Notes: generated by a model not told the origin, from the letters alone. 64,000 nucleotides of DNA from an uncultured Actinomycetota bacterium (GCA_963805565.1 CAWDUK010000004.1:401938-465937); one strand, 5' to 3'. Positions 7,689 to 17,898 are shown, numbered from the stretch's first letter. Program-made: numbers and translations.

Positions 7689-8843
7689 GGAATTCAGCGC
7701 CGCCCGCAGCCGGCGCAACGCCTCAGCGACCTCCGCCTCCTGCACCATCAACGGCGGCAGCAGCCGAATCGTCGTCGGTCCGGTGGCGTTGACGACCAGC
7801 CGTTGCTCCAGGAGCGCCTGTCGCACGACATCCGGCGCGCTCACATTCACCTCACAGGCGAGCATCAGACCGCGGCCGCGAACTGACACCACGTGCGGCA
7901 ACTCGGCGAGCTCTGTGAGCATCCACGCTCCCATCTCCTGCACGTGCGCCAGCAGCTTCTCATCGCCGGTGATCTCAAGAGCAGCAAGCGCCGCCGCAGC
8001 GGTCACCGGCCCACCGGCGAAGGTCGAGCCGTGGTCACCTGGCTGGAAGACATCGGCCAGTCGCGGACCCGTGATCAGCGCGCCGATCGGCAGCCCGCCA
8101 CCAAGCGCCTTGGCGGACGTGATCGCGTCCGGCACCACTTCTGTCTGCTGATAAGCCCAAAGCGACCCCGTCCTGCCCATCCCGCACTGCACTTCGTCGA
8201 AGATCAGCGCCGCCCCGTACGTGTCACACGCCTGCCGGGCCGCGATCAGCACCTCGTCGGAGAGCACGTTCACTCCCGACTCGCCCTGGATCACCTCCAG
8301 CAGCACCGCCGCGGTGTGCTCGTTCACCGCTTCGCGCAGAGCGCCTGCCTCCGGCGTCACCACTCGAAAGCCGGGAACCAGGGGTGCGAACGGCGCCTGC
8401 TTTGACTCCTGTGGCGTGGCAGACAGCGCGCCGTAGGTGCGGCCGTGGAAGGCGTTATGCACTACGACGAGATCCCCACCGCTGCGGGCCTTGCGCGCGA
8501 GCTTGATCGCCGCCTCGTTGGCCTCCGCGCCGGAGTTGCAGAAAAAGACCTTGCCGCCGAGGCTGCTCTCCGAGAGCCTCTGCGCCAAGTGCATCGCGGG
8601 CTCCGTGTAAAACAGGTTGGAGACGTGAATCAGCGTGCCGACCTGCTCGCGTACCGCCGCAACAATCTGCGGGTGACAGTGACCGAGGTTTGTCACACCA
8701 ATCCCACACAGGAAGTCGAGGTACTCGTTGCCCTGCTCGTCGAAGAGCCGCGCGCCCTCCCCCCGCACGAACTGCACCGGAAAACGTGCGTAGGAGGCTA
8801 CGACGCTGTGGCGCTCGATTGCCTGCAGCTCCGCGAGACTCAT
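7665..8843 (-). CDS. argD: Acetylornithine aminotransferase
   Basis: 392-aa class III PLP aminotransferase (...FCNSGAEANEAAIKLARK..., ...DEVQCGMGRTG...). It sits last in the argCJBD block, and its ATG overlaps the argB stop (ATGA). Confidence 0.92.
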   Translation of the reverse strand: MSLAELQAIERHSVVASYARFPVQFVRGEGARLFDEQGNEYLDFLCGIGVTNLGHCHPQIVAAVREQVGTLIHVSNLFYTEPAMHLAQRLSESSLGGKVFFCNSGAEANEAAIKLARKARSGGDLVVVHNAFHGRTYGALSATPQESKQAPFAPLVPGFRVVTPEAGALREAVNEHTAAVLLEVIQGESGVNVLSDEVLIAARQACDTYGAALIFDEVQCGMGRTGSLWAYQQTEVVPDAITSAKALGGGLPIGALITGPRLADVFQPGDHGSTFAGGPVTAAAALAALEITGDEKLLAHVQEMGAWMLTELAELPHVVSVRGRGLMLACEVNVSAPDVVRQALLEQRLVVNATGPTTIRLLPPLMVQEAEVAEALRRLRAALNSSIRPAGG

Positions 8844-9715
8844 GCGCCGGCGACGATCTTGGTGCCGATGCCCGCGTCGGTAAAAAGCTCGAGCAGTAGC
8901 GAGTGAGGAATGCGCCCGTCAATGATGTGCGCGGAGGATACGCCGCCGTCGATCGCCTCCACGCAGGCGGCGAGCTTCGGTCGCATGCCTCCCTCCTGGC
9001 TGCCCAATGCGCTTCTCACCTCCTCGTCGGTGGCTGTGGCGATCAGGCTCTCGGGGTCACCTGCGTCGCGCAGCCAGCCGGTCACGTCGGTGAGAAACAT
9101 CACCTTGTAGGCACGCATCGCCCGTGCGACTGCGCCCGCGGCGTCGTCGGCGTTTACGTTGTAGGAGTTGCCCTCGCGGTCGGCGCCGACGGAGGCGATC
9201 ACTGGGATGTAGTCGCTTGCAACGTGGTTGAGCACGTCAACATTCACTCGATCTATCTGGCCGACGTAGCCGATGTCCTGGCCATCGGGGGCCGAGCGCC
9301 GGGATACCCGAAACAGCGAGCCGTCGTCGCCGCAGAGCCCGATCGCGGGCTGCCCGTGACGGTTGATTCGCAGCACTATCTCCTTGTTCACCTTTCCGAC
9401 CAGCACCATCTTTGCCACCTCGACGGTGCTCTGATCGGAGACCCGCAGCCCGCCGACGAACTCGACAGGCAGACCGAGGCGCTCCATGTATGAGGTGATC
9501 TCAGGGCCGCCGCCGTGCACGACGATCGGGTTCAGGCCAACGTACTTCAGCAGCACGACGTCGCGTGCGAACTCCTCGCGCAGCTGCTGGTCCTCCATCG
9601 CGGCGCCGCCGTACTTGATCACCACCGTCTTGCCGTGAAACTCTCTGATGTAGGGCAGCGCCTCAAGCAGCGTCGCGACATCTCTTACATCTGACTGCGG
9701 TTTGTGATCGCTCAT
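8840..9715 (-). CDS. argB: Acetylglutamate kinase
   Basis: 291 aa, ...FHGKTVVIKYGGAAM...VVHGGGPEI..., an amino-acid kinase fold. It has ATGA overlaps with both argJ and argD. Confidence 0.95.
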   Translation of the reverse strand: MSDHKPQSDVRDVATLLEALPYIREFHGKTVVIKYGGAAMEDQQLREEFARDVVLLKYVGLNPIVVHGGGPEITSYMERLGLPVEFVGGLRVSDQSTVEVAKMVLVGKVNKEIVLRINRHGQPAIGLCGDDGSLFRVSRRSAPDGQDIGYVGQIDRVNVDVLNHVASDYIPVIASVGADREGNSYNVNADDAAGAVARAMRAYKVMFLTDVTGWLRDAGDPESLIATATDEEVRSALGSQEGGMRPKLAACVEAIDGGVSSAHIIDGRIPHSLLLELFTDAGIGTKIVAGA

Positions 9716-11004
9716 GTCGTGTAGTCCGCGTTGATTGTCACATAATCATGTGAGAGGTCCGAGAAGAACACCTCGGTTTCGGCGCCCTCACCCGGCAGCG
9801 TCACCTCATACTCAACTTCCTGGCGCTGCACCGCCTCCCGCAGCGCATCCTCGTCACAGGGAATCGCGGCGCCCGCGGCGCATACCTGAGTGCCCTCGAT
9901 GTGCAGGTCGAGCGCCAGCGGCGCGGTGCCGATCAGCGCGCCGCCGATTGCCTGCACGATCCGACCCCAGTTCGGGTCACCACCGTTCAGGGCCGCCTTC
10001 ACCAGCGGCGAGTTGCCCACCGCCCTGGCGGCGCGCTCGACCGTCTCGGCGTGTCCGCCGCGAACGAGCACTCGCGCGATCCGCCCCGCGCCCTCGCCGT
10101 CGGCGACCATCAGGATCGCCAGCTGCCGCAGCAGGCTGTCAAGCGCTTCGCCGAAGAGCCGCTCATCCTCGCTTTCGGATGCCACCTGCACCCCGCTCTC
10201 CCCGGAGCAAATCAGGACCGCCATGTCGTTGGTGGAGAGCTGGCCATCGACGGTGCAGCGATCGAAGGAGCGCTTTACGCACACGCCCAGGAGCAGGTCG
10301 GCGGTCTCGGCGGAGAGTGCCGCGTCGGTCTCCACGTAGCAGAGCATCGTGGCGAAGTTCGGCGAGATCATGCCCGCCCCCTTGCACTGCGCGCTGACTT
10401 GCACGGCGCCCGCGGAAAGCTCCACTTCCAGGTTCGCCCGCTTCTCGAAGGCATCGGTGGTCTGAATCGCCTGCTGGAAGTCCGCGTCGCCCTCGCGACG
10501 CAGCTGCCTGCTCGCGTCCAGGATCCCCCGCAGCATCTTCTCCACGGGCAGGTCCTGGCTGATCCCACCGGTGGAGCCGAGCGCCACCAGGTCAGCGTCG
10601 ATCCCCAGCGCCGCCGCCGCGGCGCCCTGCGTCTTGGCGGCGTCTTCGAGGCCCCGCCTGCCTGTCGCGGCATTGGCGCAGCCGGAGTTGGCAAGGATTC
10701 CGCGCAGGTGGTGCAGATCGCAGCGCTCCATGGAGACGATCACCGGCGCGGCAGGTGTGCCGGTGGCGGTGAAGCGCGCGGCGCTGGTCGCATCGGGGGA
10801 GTCGCAAATCAAAAGGCCCACGTCCGGGTTGCCGCTCGGCTTGATCCCACACGCCGCCCCGGCAGCCCGAAAGCCCTGCGGCAGGCCGGAATCGCTCGGC
10901 AGCTCGTGGACATGCGCGGGCCGCGGCACCCAGCGCGAGGCAAAGAACGGCGACGGCGGGCCTGCTGCGCTCCGATCGCCCCTGAGGTCGAGCTCTTTGC
11001 TCAC
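9712..11004 (-). CDS. argJ: Bifunctional ornithine acetyltransferase / N-acetylglutamate synthase
   Basis: 430 aa, ...GFRAAGAACGIKPSG...KGAGMISPNFATMLCYVETDA... (the autoprocessing ATML site). The GTG start overlaps the argC stop (GTGA). Confidence 0.95.
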   Translation of the reverse strand: MSKELDLRGDRSAAGPPSPFFASRWVPRPAHVHELPSDSGLPQGFRAAGAACGIKPSGNPDVGLLICDSPDATSAARFTATGTPAAPVIVSMERCDLHHLRGILANSGCANAATGRRGLEDAAKTQGAAAAALGIDADLVALGSTGGISQDLPVEKMLRGILDASRQLRREGDADFQQAIQTTDAFEKRANLEVELSAGAVQVSAQCKGAGMISPNFATMLCYVETDAALSAETADLLLGVCVKRSFDRCTVDGQLSTNDMAVLICSGESGVQVASESEDERLFGEALDSLLRQLAILMVADGEGAGRIARVLVRGGHAETVERAARAVGNSPLVKAALNGGDPNWGRIVQAIGGALIGTAPLALDLHIEGTQVCAAGAAIPCDEDALREAVQRQEVEYEVTLPGEGAETEVFFSDLSHDYVTINADYTT

Positions 11005-12041
11005 AGCAGTCCCTCGGTCTCTGGCAGGCCGAACATCACGTTCAGGTTTTGAACAGCCTGAGATGAGGTTCCCTTCCAGAGGTTGTCCAGCGCGCCGAAG
11101 GCGATCACCTTGCCGGTGTGCTCATCGGCGGCGGCGAAGACCCTGCAGTAGTTGGTCTCACGCACCTCCCTGACCCCGGGCGGCCGCGTGACGACCTCGA
11201 TAAACGGCTCGGAGTCATATGCGGCTGCATAAAGCTCTGCCAGCTCCGAGGTCTCCACGCGCCGGGCCGTGGTCACGTAGCAGCTGGCCATCTCTCCCTG
11301 GTCCAGCGGCACCAGATGCGCCTGGAACTGCACTGGCAGGGTCGCGCCCAGCAGCGAAAGCTCCTGCTCGATCTCCGGAGTGTGCCGGTGCGCCGCGACC
11401 TTGTAGGGGGTGATGTTCTCCGCCGCGTAGGAGAGGTGGATCGTCTCAACCGGAGCCGTGCGCCCCGCGCCGGAGAGACCCTGCTTGGCGTCGATCACGA
11501 CATCGGCGATCAGTCCCGCTCTTGCGAGCGGTGCCAGCGCGAGCACGGAGGCGGTCGGGTAGCAGCCCGGATTGGCCACGATCTGCGCCTGCGCGATCGC
11601 CTCGCGATGCATCTCGGTGAGGCCGTAGACCGCGTCCGGGAGCAGGTCGGGACGCGGATGCGGCCCGTACCAGTGCTCGTAGAGGCTCAGGTCGGTCAGC
11701 CGGAAGTCGGCGCTCAGATCCACGACCCGCACCCCCCGCGCACGCAGGAGGCCGACGGTCGGCGCAGCCGCCGCGTGCGGGTATCCGACCACCGCCGCCT
11801 GCAACTCCCCAAGAGCGTCGAGCAACGCCTCGTCGAGCTCCTGGATCACCAGCGGCACGCGGTACTGCGGATAGAGCTCTTGCAACTGGCTGCCGACCTC
11901 GGAGCGACCGGTGACAGCAGTCAGCTCCAGGCGCGGGTGGCGCCAGATCAGATAGGCCGCAAGCGCGCCGGCAAAGCCCGTCGCGCCGGCCACCAGCACC
12001 CGCGGAGAGCCGGGTGCGAAGGTCTGTGTGCTCTCAGCCAC
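11001..12041 (-). CDS. argC: N-acetyl-gamma-glutamyl-phosphate reductase
   Basis: ORF 11001-12248 trimmed to GTG 12041, giving VAESTQTFAPGSPRVLVAGATGFAG.... The longer ORF would overlap pheT by 215 nt. It has the catalytic ...NPGCYPT... motif. 346 aa; 8-nt overlap with the pheT stop. Confidence 0.9.
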   Translation of the reverse strand: MAESTQTFAPGSPRVLVAGATGFAGALAAYLIWRHPRLELTAVTGRSEVGSQLQELYPQYRVPLVIQELDEALLDALGELQAAVVGYPHAAAAPTVGLLRARGVRVVDLSADFRLTDLSLYEHWYGPHPRPDLLPDAVYGLTEMHREAIAQAQIVANPGCYPTASVLALAPLARAGLIADVVIDAKQGLSGAGRTAPVETIHLSYAAENITPYKVAAHRHTPEIEQELSLLGATLPVQFQAHLVPLDQGEMASCYVTTARRVETSELAELYAAAYDSEPFIEVVTRPPGVREVRETNYCRVFAAADEHTGKVIAFGALDNLWKGTSSQAVQNLNVMFGLPETEGLL

Positions 12042-14568
12042 GCAGCTGCCCTCCGAGATGCTCCAGCGCAGCCACGATCCGCTGCTGCACCGGCGCCACC
12101 TCCTCGTCGGAGAGCGTGCGATCTCCGGCTCTGAAGCTGAGCGCGAGCGCAAGCGAGCGGCGGCCCTCGCCCACCTGCGGGCCGCTGTAGACATCGAATA
12201 CCTGCGCATCGACCAGCAGCGCGCCACCGGCCTTTCTGACCGCAGCAAGTACCTGCGCCGCCTGCACCTGCTCTGGCAGCACGACGGCCAGATCGCGCCG
12301 CAGCGTCGGGAAGGAGATCAGGTCCGCGTAGACGCGGCTTGCAGCCTGCGCCTCGGCAAGGTGCAAGAGCCGATTCAAATTCAGCTCCAGCGCGGCCGAT
12401 GCGGCGCTGTCGGTGCGCAGCTCGAATGCGTCTGCCGCGAGTGGATGGATCTCCCCCAGCCACCCGATCGGCTCGCCACCCGCGGTAAGCACCGCCCGGC
12501 GGCCGGGATGCAGAAACTCAAGCCTGCTCTCGCCCTCCGCGGTCACGCACTCCACGCTTACGCGCAGCGCGTCGCAGAGCGCCTCCAGCACGCCCTTGAG
12601 CGCGAAGAAGCCAGCGCTCGGCGCCTCGGCGACGCCCCATGTGCGCGGCAGCAGAGAGCCGTGCAGCAGCACCGCCAGCGCCTGTCGCTCCACCACGCCC
12701 GTTTCGGAAGCGATCCGCGCCACATCGACGCCCACAGCGTCCACCTCGTGGCCGCCCGCCCCATCTCGCATGAACACCGTGCCGACCTCGAAGAGGCGCA
12801 GATCGCCGGCGCCACGCGCTACGTTGCGGGCTGCGTTGTCGAGCAGGGAGCCGAGTAGCGTGGGACGCAGCAGCGACTGCTCCTCGGAGAGCGGGTTCTC
12901 AAGCGCGACGGTGTGCGTGCGCCAGGGGTGCTCGGCGCCCAGCCGCAGCCGGTCGGCGAGCGTCGGCGAGCAGAAGGTCCAGCCCACCGCCTCAAAGAGG
13001 CCGCGTCCGACCAGCGCGTCAACCGCGCGGCGTCGCAAATGTTGCGTTTGGCTGAGCGTTCCGTATGCGCCGCGGCGCGCGGGCAGGGTCACCGGCAGCC
13101 GCTCCAGGCCGTCGATGCGCGCGACCTCCTCGATCAGATCGGCCTCGCGCGTGACGTCGTTGCGCCGCAGCGGCGGCACGCTCACGAGCAGATCATCGCC
13201 CTGTACGGCGGTCTCGAAGTCGAGCGCCCGCAGGATCTCCTGCTCGCGCTCCAGCGAGATCACTACGCCGAGGATCGAGCGCACCTTCGCGGAGCGCAGG
13301 GCGATCTTCGCCGGAGCCGGCCCAGGACCACCCACGTCGATCGTGCCCGGCTTCAGCGTCGCGCCGCAGAGCTCGATCATCAGCTGCGCGGCGATCGCCT
13401 GCGCGTGCATGCACTGCTCGGGCGCGAGACCCTTTTCAAAGCGCGATGACGCCTCGCTGCGCAGGCCAAGGCCCCAGGATGCATGGTGGATGCTCGGCCC
13501 GTGCCAGTTGGCGACCTCCATCAGCACCCGCGTGGTGCCCTCGTGCACCTCCGAGCGGCTGCCGCCCATCAGACCCGCAATCGAGGTCGGTCCATCCTGG
13601 TCCTCGATCAGCACCATCTCGGAGTCCAGGGTGCGCGTTTGCCCATCGAGAGTGAGTACCTGCTCGCCGTCGTGCGCGCGCCGGACCGTCAGCTTGGCGC
13701 CGGCGACGCGGTCCAGGTCGAAGGAGTGCAGCGGCTGGCCGGTCAGCAGCATTGCGTAGTTGGTGATGTCAACCACGTTGTTGATCGGCCGTTGACCCGC
13801 CGCGGTCAGCCTTGCCTGCAGCCACGGAGGCGAGGGCGCGATCGTGACCTGCTCGAAGATCCGCGCGGTGAAGCGGGGGCAGAGCTCGGGGCAGAGCACC
13901 TCCACCTCGGCGCCGATCAGCGGGCCGGCGCTGCCGGGGTCATCCAGCCATGGCTCGGGAGCAAGCGGAGCGCCAGTCCCAGCGTGCAGCTCGCGCGCCA
14001 CGCCGTAGACGCCGAGGCAGTCTGGCCGGTTCGGCGTGACCTCCAGCTCGATCACCTCGGTGGCGATCGGCAGCACCCGCGCCAGCGGCGTGCCCGGCTC
14101 GATCTGGGGGTCGGGACCGAGCGCGCCCGACGCCGCAAGCGCGTCCAGCTCCATGATCCCTTTGTGCCCGGGACCTATCTGAATCTCATCCTCGGCCAGG
14201 ATCATCCCGGCGGAAGCCACGCCCCGCAGCTTGGCGGCCTTCAGCTTGGTGCCGTCGGGCATCACCGCGCCCGGCAGCGCAACCGCCACGCGCTGCCCTG
14301 CCGCGACGTTCGGCGCCCCGCAGACGATGCTCGCCGGCCCGTCCGGAGAGGCGGGGCCGAGATCGACCTGGCAGACGCGCAGCCGGTCAGCGTTCGGATG
14401 CGGCTCGACGCTCAACACCGCGCCCACGACGAACCCATCGGAGCTCATCACACCGTGGTGGTGGATCGCCTCGACCTTCGTGCCGGTCATCGTCAGCCGC
14501 TCCTCGATCGCGGCCACGTCGAGACCCGGGTCGCAGTACTGCGTGAGCCACTCCAGGGGCACTCTCAT
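12034..14568 (-). CDS. pheT: Phenylalanine--tRNA ligase beta subunit
   Basis: 844 aa, MRVPLEWL..., with typical tRNA-binding, B3/4, B5 and FDX-ACB domain order. ATGA overlap with pheS. Confidence 0.97.
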   Translation of the reverse strand: MRVPLEWLTQYCDPGLDVAAIEERLTMTGTKVEAIHHHGVMSSDGFVVGAVLSVEPHPNADRLRVCQVDLGPASPDGPASIVCGAPNVAAGQRVAVALPGAVMPDGTKLKAAKLRGVASAGMILAEDEIQIGPGHKGIMELDALAASGALGPDPQIEPGTPLARVLPIATEVIELEVTPNRPDCLGVYGVARELHAGTGAPLAPEPWLDDPGSAGPLIGAEVEVLCPELCPRFTARIFEQVTIAPSPPWLQARLTAAGQRPINNVVDITNYAMLLTGQPLHSFDLDRVAGAKLTVRRAHDGEQVLTLDGQTRTLDSEMVLIEDQDGPTSIAGLMGGSRSEVHEGTTRVLMEVANWHGPSIHHASWGLGLRSEASSRFEKGLAPEQCMHAQAIAAQLMIELCGATLKPGTIDVGGPGPAPAKIALRSAKVRSILGVVISLEREQEILRALDFETAVQGDDLLVSVPPLRRNDVTREADLIEEVARIDGLERLPVTLPARRGAYGTLSQTQHLRRRAVDALVGRGLFEAVGWTFCSPTLADRLRLGAEHPWRTHTVALENPLSEEQSLLRPTLLGSLLDNAARNVARGAGDLRLFEVGTVFMRDGAGGHEVDAVGVDVARIASETGVVERQALAVLLHGSLLPRTWGVAEAPSAGFFALKGVLEALCDALRVSVECVTAEGESRLEFLHPGRRAVLTAGGEPIGWLGEIHPLAADAFELRTDSAASAALELNLNRLLHLAEAQAASRVYADLISFPTLRRDLAVVLPEQVQAAQVLAAVRKAGGALLVDAQVFDVYSGPQVGEGRRSLALALSFRAGDRTLSDEEVAPVQQRIVAALEHLGGQLRG

Positions 14569-15632
14569 CCGAACTGCTCCAGAAATCTCAGGTCATTCTC
14601 GTAATAGAGGCGCAGGTCGGGAATGCCGTGCTTGAGCATCGCGATCCGCTCCACGCCCATCCCCCACGCAAATCCCTGCACTCGCTCGGGGTCATAGCCG
14701 GGCGCGTTGCTCTCGGTGGTGGGCACGTAGGCGTAGACGTTGGGGTCGACCTCGCCGGCGCCGAGCACCTCAAGCCAGCCCTCGCCCTTGCAGAGCGCGC
14801 AGCGCGCGCCGTCGCGCGTAAAGCCCTTTCCAGAGCAGTGAAAACAGGAGACGTCCACCTCGACGGAGGGCTCGGTGAAGGGGAAGAAGTGCGGCCGCAG
14901 ACGCACGTCGCGCTCGTCTCCGAAGACGGCCTTGGCAAACGCCAGCAGCGTGCCCTTCAGATCGGCCAGGGTGATGTCCTCGTCCACCGCCAGGCCCTCG
15001 ATCTGGTGGAACTGCGGCGTGTGTGTGGCGTCGCTGTCGGGACGGTACACGCGCCCGGGGATCACGACGTAGAGCGGCGGCGGGTGCGCTTCCATCGCCC
15101 GCACCTGCATCGGCGAGGTGTGGGTGCGCAGCACCACCTGATCTGAGACGTAGAAAGTGTCGGTCCTGGCCCGCGCCGGATGGGTGGGGCTGTGGTTCAG
15201 CGCATCGAAGTTGTAGTGGACCGTCTCGACCTCCGGGCCCTCCAGCACGGTGAAGCCGAGCCCGAGGAAGATGTCTTCGAGCTCGCGCTGCATCGCGGTC
15301 AGGACGTGCAGCCGTCCCACGGGCTGTGCGGGCGTGCCGGGAAGCGTCACATCGATTGTGTCGCGGGCAAGCTGCTGGTCGAGCTCTGACGAGCGCATTT
15401 GCGCCGAGCGCGTGTCGATCAGCGCCTCCAGCGCTTGGCGGGCGAGGTTCGCCTCGCGGCCCACCTGCGAGCGCTGCTCAGGGGGCAACGAGGCCACTTC
15501 GCGCAGCATCATCGGCAGCTCCGCCTTGCGGCCGAGGTAGCGCACCCGCAACTCCTCGAGCGCGTCGCTCGACCCGGCAGCCCCGATCGCGGCCTCTGCC
15601 TCGCACTGCAGCTCTTTGATGCGCTCGATCAC
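14565..15632 (-). CDS. pheS: Phenylalanine--tRNA ligase alpha subunit
   Basis: 355 aa with class II aaRS motifs (...RTHTSPMQVR..., ...FPFTEPS..., ...GMGVERIAM...). The GTG start overlaps the stop of the upstream methyltransferase gene (GTGA). Confidence 0.97.
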   Translation of the reverse strand: MIERIKELQCEAEAAIGAAGSSDALEELRVRYLGRKAELPMMLREVASLPPEQRSQVGREANLARQALEALIDTRSAQMRSSELDQQLARDTIDVTLPGTPAQPVGRLHVLTAMQRELEDIFLGLGFTVLEGPEVETVHYNFDALNHSPTHPARARTDTFYVSDQVVLRTHTSPMQVRAMEAHPPPLYVVIPGRVYRPDSDATHTPQFHQIEGLAVDEDITLADLKGTLLAFAKAVFGDERDVRLRPHFFPFTEPSVEVDVSCFHCSGKGFTRDGARCALCKGEGWLEVLGAGEVDPNVYAYVPTTESNAPGYDPERVQGFAWGMGVERIAMLKHGIPDLRLYYENDLRFLEQFG

Positions 15633-16381
15633 GACGAGCGCACCCTAGTGAAATGACGGTCGATCTCGTATAGAGCCACGCTCGCCGCCATCGCCACGTT
15701 CAACGACTCTCCGGCGATCGGGATGTGCGCCACCAAATCGCATGCCGAGATCAGCTCCTCTGGCAGCCCCTCGCGCTCTGCGCCCACCAGCACGCTGAGC
15801 GCGCCGTCATCGAGCTCGGCGACCGTCTGCTCCAGGGGCGCGCCGCGGCGCGCGGCCAGCGCGAGCGTGCGACCCGGCAGCTGCGAGATCGCGGATGCTC
15901 TGACCAGCGGGGTGGTGAAGATCGCACCCATGCTCGCCCTCACCGCCTTGGGCGAGTGGGGATCGGCGCAGCCTGGGCCAAGCGCCACGCAGGAGGCGCC
16001 AAACGCATGCCCGCTACGCAGACAGGTGCCGACGTTTCCCGGGTCGGAGAGCCCGTGCAGGTAGAGGCACAGAGGCCCGACCGGCTCCGGCGCGAAGCGT
16101 TGCTCGTAGACCGCCGCCACCCTGGCCCCCGATCCGAGTGCGCTGACCGCGGCAAGCGCCTGCGGTTCCACCTCTGTGAACGCGACCGCGCACGCCTGCT
16201 GGATCTCGCAATCGGGCGTGCGGTAGCCCTCGACCGGCGCTATCCCGGCCGCGTTTGCAGCATCGATCAGGTCCTCGCCCTCGACCAGGAAGCGGCCGCT
16301 GAGCTCACGCTCGCGCCGGCGCTGCAGGCGCCGTAGGGCTTGGAGCTTTGGATTCTGTGGGCTTGTGATCGTGGTCGTCAT
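15629..16381 (-). CDS. TrmH/SpoU-family RNA 2'-O-methyltransferase
   Basis: MTTTITSPQNPKLQALRRL..., with SpoU motifs ...GNVGTCLRS... and ...VGAEREGLPEE...IPIAGESLNVAMA.... I chose ATG 16381; ATG 16405 is an alternative. Confidence 0.85.
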   Translation of the reverse strand: MTTTITSPQNPKLQALRRLQRRRERELSGRFLVEGEDLIDAANAAGIAPVEGYRTPDCEIQQACAVAFTEVEPQALAAVSALGSGARVAAVYEQRFAPEPVGPLCLYLHGLSDPGNVGTCLRSGHAFGASCVALGPGCADPHSPKAVRASMGAIFTTPLVRASAISQLPGRTLALAARRGAPLEQTVAELDDGALSVLVGAEREGLPEELISACDLVAHIPIAGESLNVAMAASVALYEIDRHFTRVRSS

Positions 16382-16450
16382 ACGAAAAAGGGCGCCCTCC
16401 TGCATGGAGCGGCGCCCGGGAAGGGTTCGGCTGATGTCTGGTCTTGAGGA

Positions 16451-16810
16451 TCAGGCAGCCGACGCCTCGCGGGCGATCTCCGCGAAACGTCGAAACGCAT
16501 CGGCATCGCGCACGGCGATGTCGGCGAGCACCTTGCGGTCGAGCTCGATGCCGGCCTTGTCCAGGCCGTGCATGAACTGCGAGTAGCTCAGACCGTTGAT
16601 GCGGGCGGCTGCGTTGATGCGCGTGATCCACAATTTGCGGAAGTCGCGCTTGCGGTTGCGGCGGTCCCGGTAGGCGTAGGAGTCGGCCTTCATCAGCGCC
16701 TCCTTGGCGCGTCTGTAGCCCGAATTTGCCTCGCCGCGGAAGCCCTTGGTCAGCTCCAACGTCGCGCGCCGCTTCTTGCGCGCGTGCAGTGAACGCTTGA
16801 CCCTCGTCAT
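16451..16810 (-). CDS. rplT: 50S ribosomal protein L20
   Basis: 119 aa, [15 protein letters not shown]...[11 protein letters not shown]... Confidence 0.97.
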   Translation of the reverse strand: MTRVKRSLHARKKRRATLELTKGFRGEANSGYRRAKEALMKADSYAYRDRRNRKRDFRKLWITRINAAARINGLSYSQFMHGLDKAGIELDRKVLADIAVRDADAFRRFAEIAREASAA

Positions 16811-17004
16811 GAGACCCTCAGCAGCTTCTTCACGCGCGGCTGATCGTGATCGGAGAGGATCGCCGGTTTGCCGATTGCGCGCTTGCGCTTGGGAGACTTC
16901 TTCTCCAGGATGTGGCTGGAGAACGCGTGCCTGGCCCGCACCTTGCCGGAGCCGGTCACCTTGAAGCGCTTCTTCGCGCCCGAATGGGTCTTCATCTTTG
17001 GCAT
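16807..17004 (-). CDS. rpmI: 50S ribosomal protein L35
   Basis: 65 aa, [21 protein letters not shown].... ATGA overlap with rplT. Confidence 0.97.
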   Translation of the reverse strand: MPKMKTHSGAKKRFKVTGSGKVRARHAFSSHILEKKSPKRKRAIGKPAILSDHDQPRVKKLLRVS

Positions 17005-17016
17005 CGGAGCCGAAGA

Positions 17017-17778
17017 TTATGACACGGCGCCGCCGCCAGCGGCTGCCTGGGGCTGGGCGGCCTCTGCAGAGTCGGTCGCGGGCGCCTCGGTGGAGGTCTC
17101 GCCAGCCTGCGCGGAGGGCTGCTCCGAAGCGCCGTCAGGAGAGGGCGCGGCCTCGGTTGCGACTGCCTCGCTCGCCCCCTCCGCCTCGTCTGCCTCGTCG
17201 TGCGTGGCTCCGTCGGCGTGTCCGGCGAGCACCGACTTGGACGGCGCAAGCAGCATCGTCATGTTGCGCCCCTCCTGGAGCGGCCGCTGCTCGACCACGC
17301 CGAGCTCGGCGAGCTCCTCCGCCAACCGGTCGAGGATCGCCACGCCGCGCTCGGGGTGGGTGACCTCGCGGCCGCGGAACATGATCGTCACCTTGACCTT
17401 GTCCTTGTGGCGCAGGAAGCGTTCGACGTGGCCCTTCTTGGTGTCGTAATCGTGCTGGGCGATCTTCGGGCGGAACTTGATCTCGCGCACCGTGATCTGC
17501 TGCTGGTGCTTGCGCGCCTGCTTGAGCTTCTGGGCCTGCTCGTACTTGTACTTCGAGTAGTCGAGCACGCGGCAGACGGGAGGACGGGCGTCGGGGGCGA
17601 CCTCGACCAAGTCGAGGTCGCGCTCTTGGGCGAAAAGCAGCGCATCCGGGGTCTTCATCACGCCGACCTGCTGGCCCTGGTCGTCGATCAGACGTACCTC
17701 GGGCACGCGGATGCGCTCGTTTACCCTCGTCAGGTCCCGCTCAGGCGGGCGCCGGTCGAATCTGCGTGGGACCGGCAC
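17017..17778 (-). CDS. infC: Translation initiation factor IF-3 with an acidic low-complexity C-terminal tail
   Basis: ...[24 protein letters not shown]...[14 protein letters not shown].... GTG 17778 is the first in-frame start, so the true start is uncertain, as is usual for infC. The last ~65 residues are A/E/S/T/P-rich. Confidence 0.92.
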   Translation of the reverse strand: MPVPRRFDRRPPERDLTRVNERIRVPEVRLIDDQGQQVGVMKTPDALLFAQERDLDLVEVAPDARPPVCRVLDYSKYKYEQAQKLKQARKHQQQITVREIKFRPKIAQHDYDTKKGHVERFLRHKDKVKVTIMFRGREVTHPERGVAILDRLAEELAELGVVEQRPLQEGRNMTMLLAPSKSVLAGHADGATHDEADEAEGASEAVATEAAPSPDGASEQPSAQAGETSTEAPATDSAEAAQPQAAAGGGAVS

Positions 17779-17852
17779 TAGCTGTGGAAGACGCGCTTCA
17801 AGCTGACGCTACGCGCGGCGCATTGATCGGGTGCGAGACCTCAAGGCGGCGG

Positions 17853-17880
17853 AGTATAGCGGGCCGCGATGAGCGCGCAA
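17853..17880 (-). promoter_or_regulatory. Candidate sigma-A-type promoter for infC-rpmI-rplT
   Basis: On the reverse strand, TTGCGC (17880-17875), a 16-nt spacer and TATACT (17858-17853) lie about 75 nt upstream of the infC start, in the 120-nt thrS-infC gap. Confidence 0.3.
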
Positions 17881-17898
17881 TCGGGCTTTTCCCGGCGT

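Noticed and set aside
12042-12248. Upstream extension of argC (ORF-track start at 12248)
   Set aside because: It would overlap pheT by 215 nt and add an Arg/Ser/Trp-rich N-terminus. GTG 12041 gives the canonical ...RVLVAGATGFAG start region.
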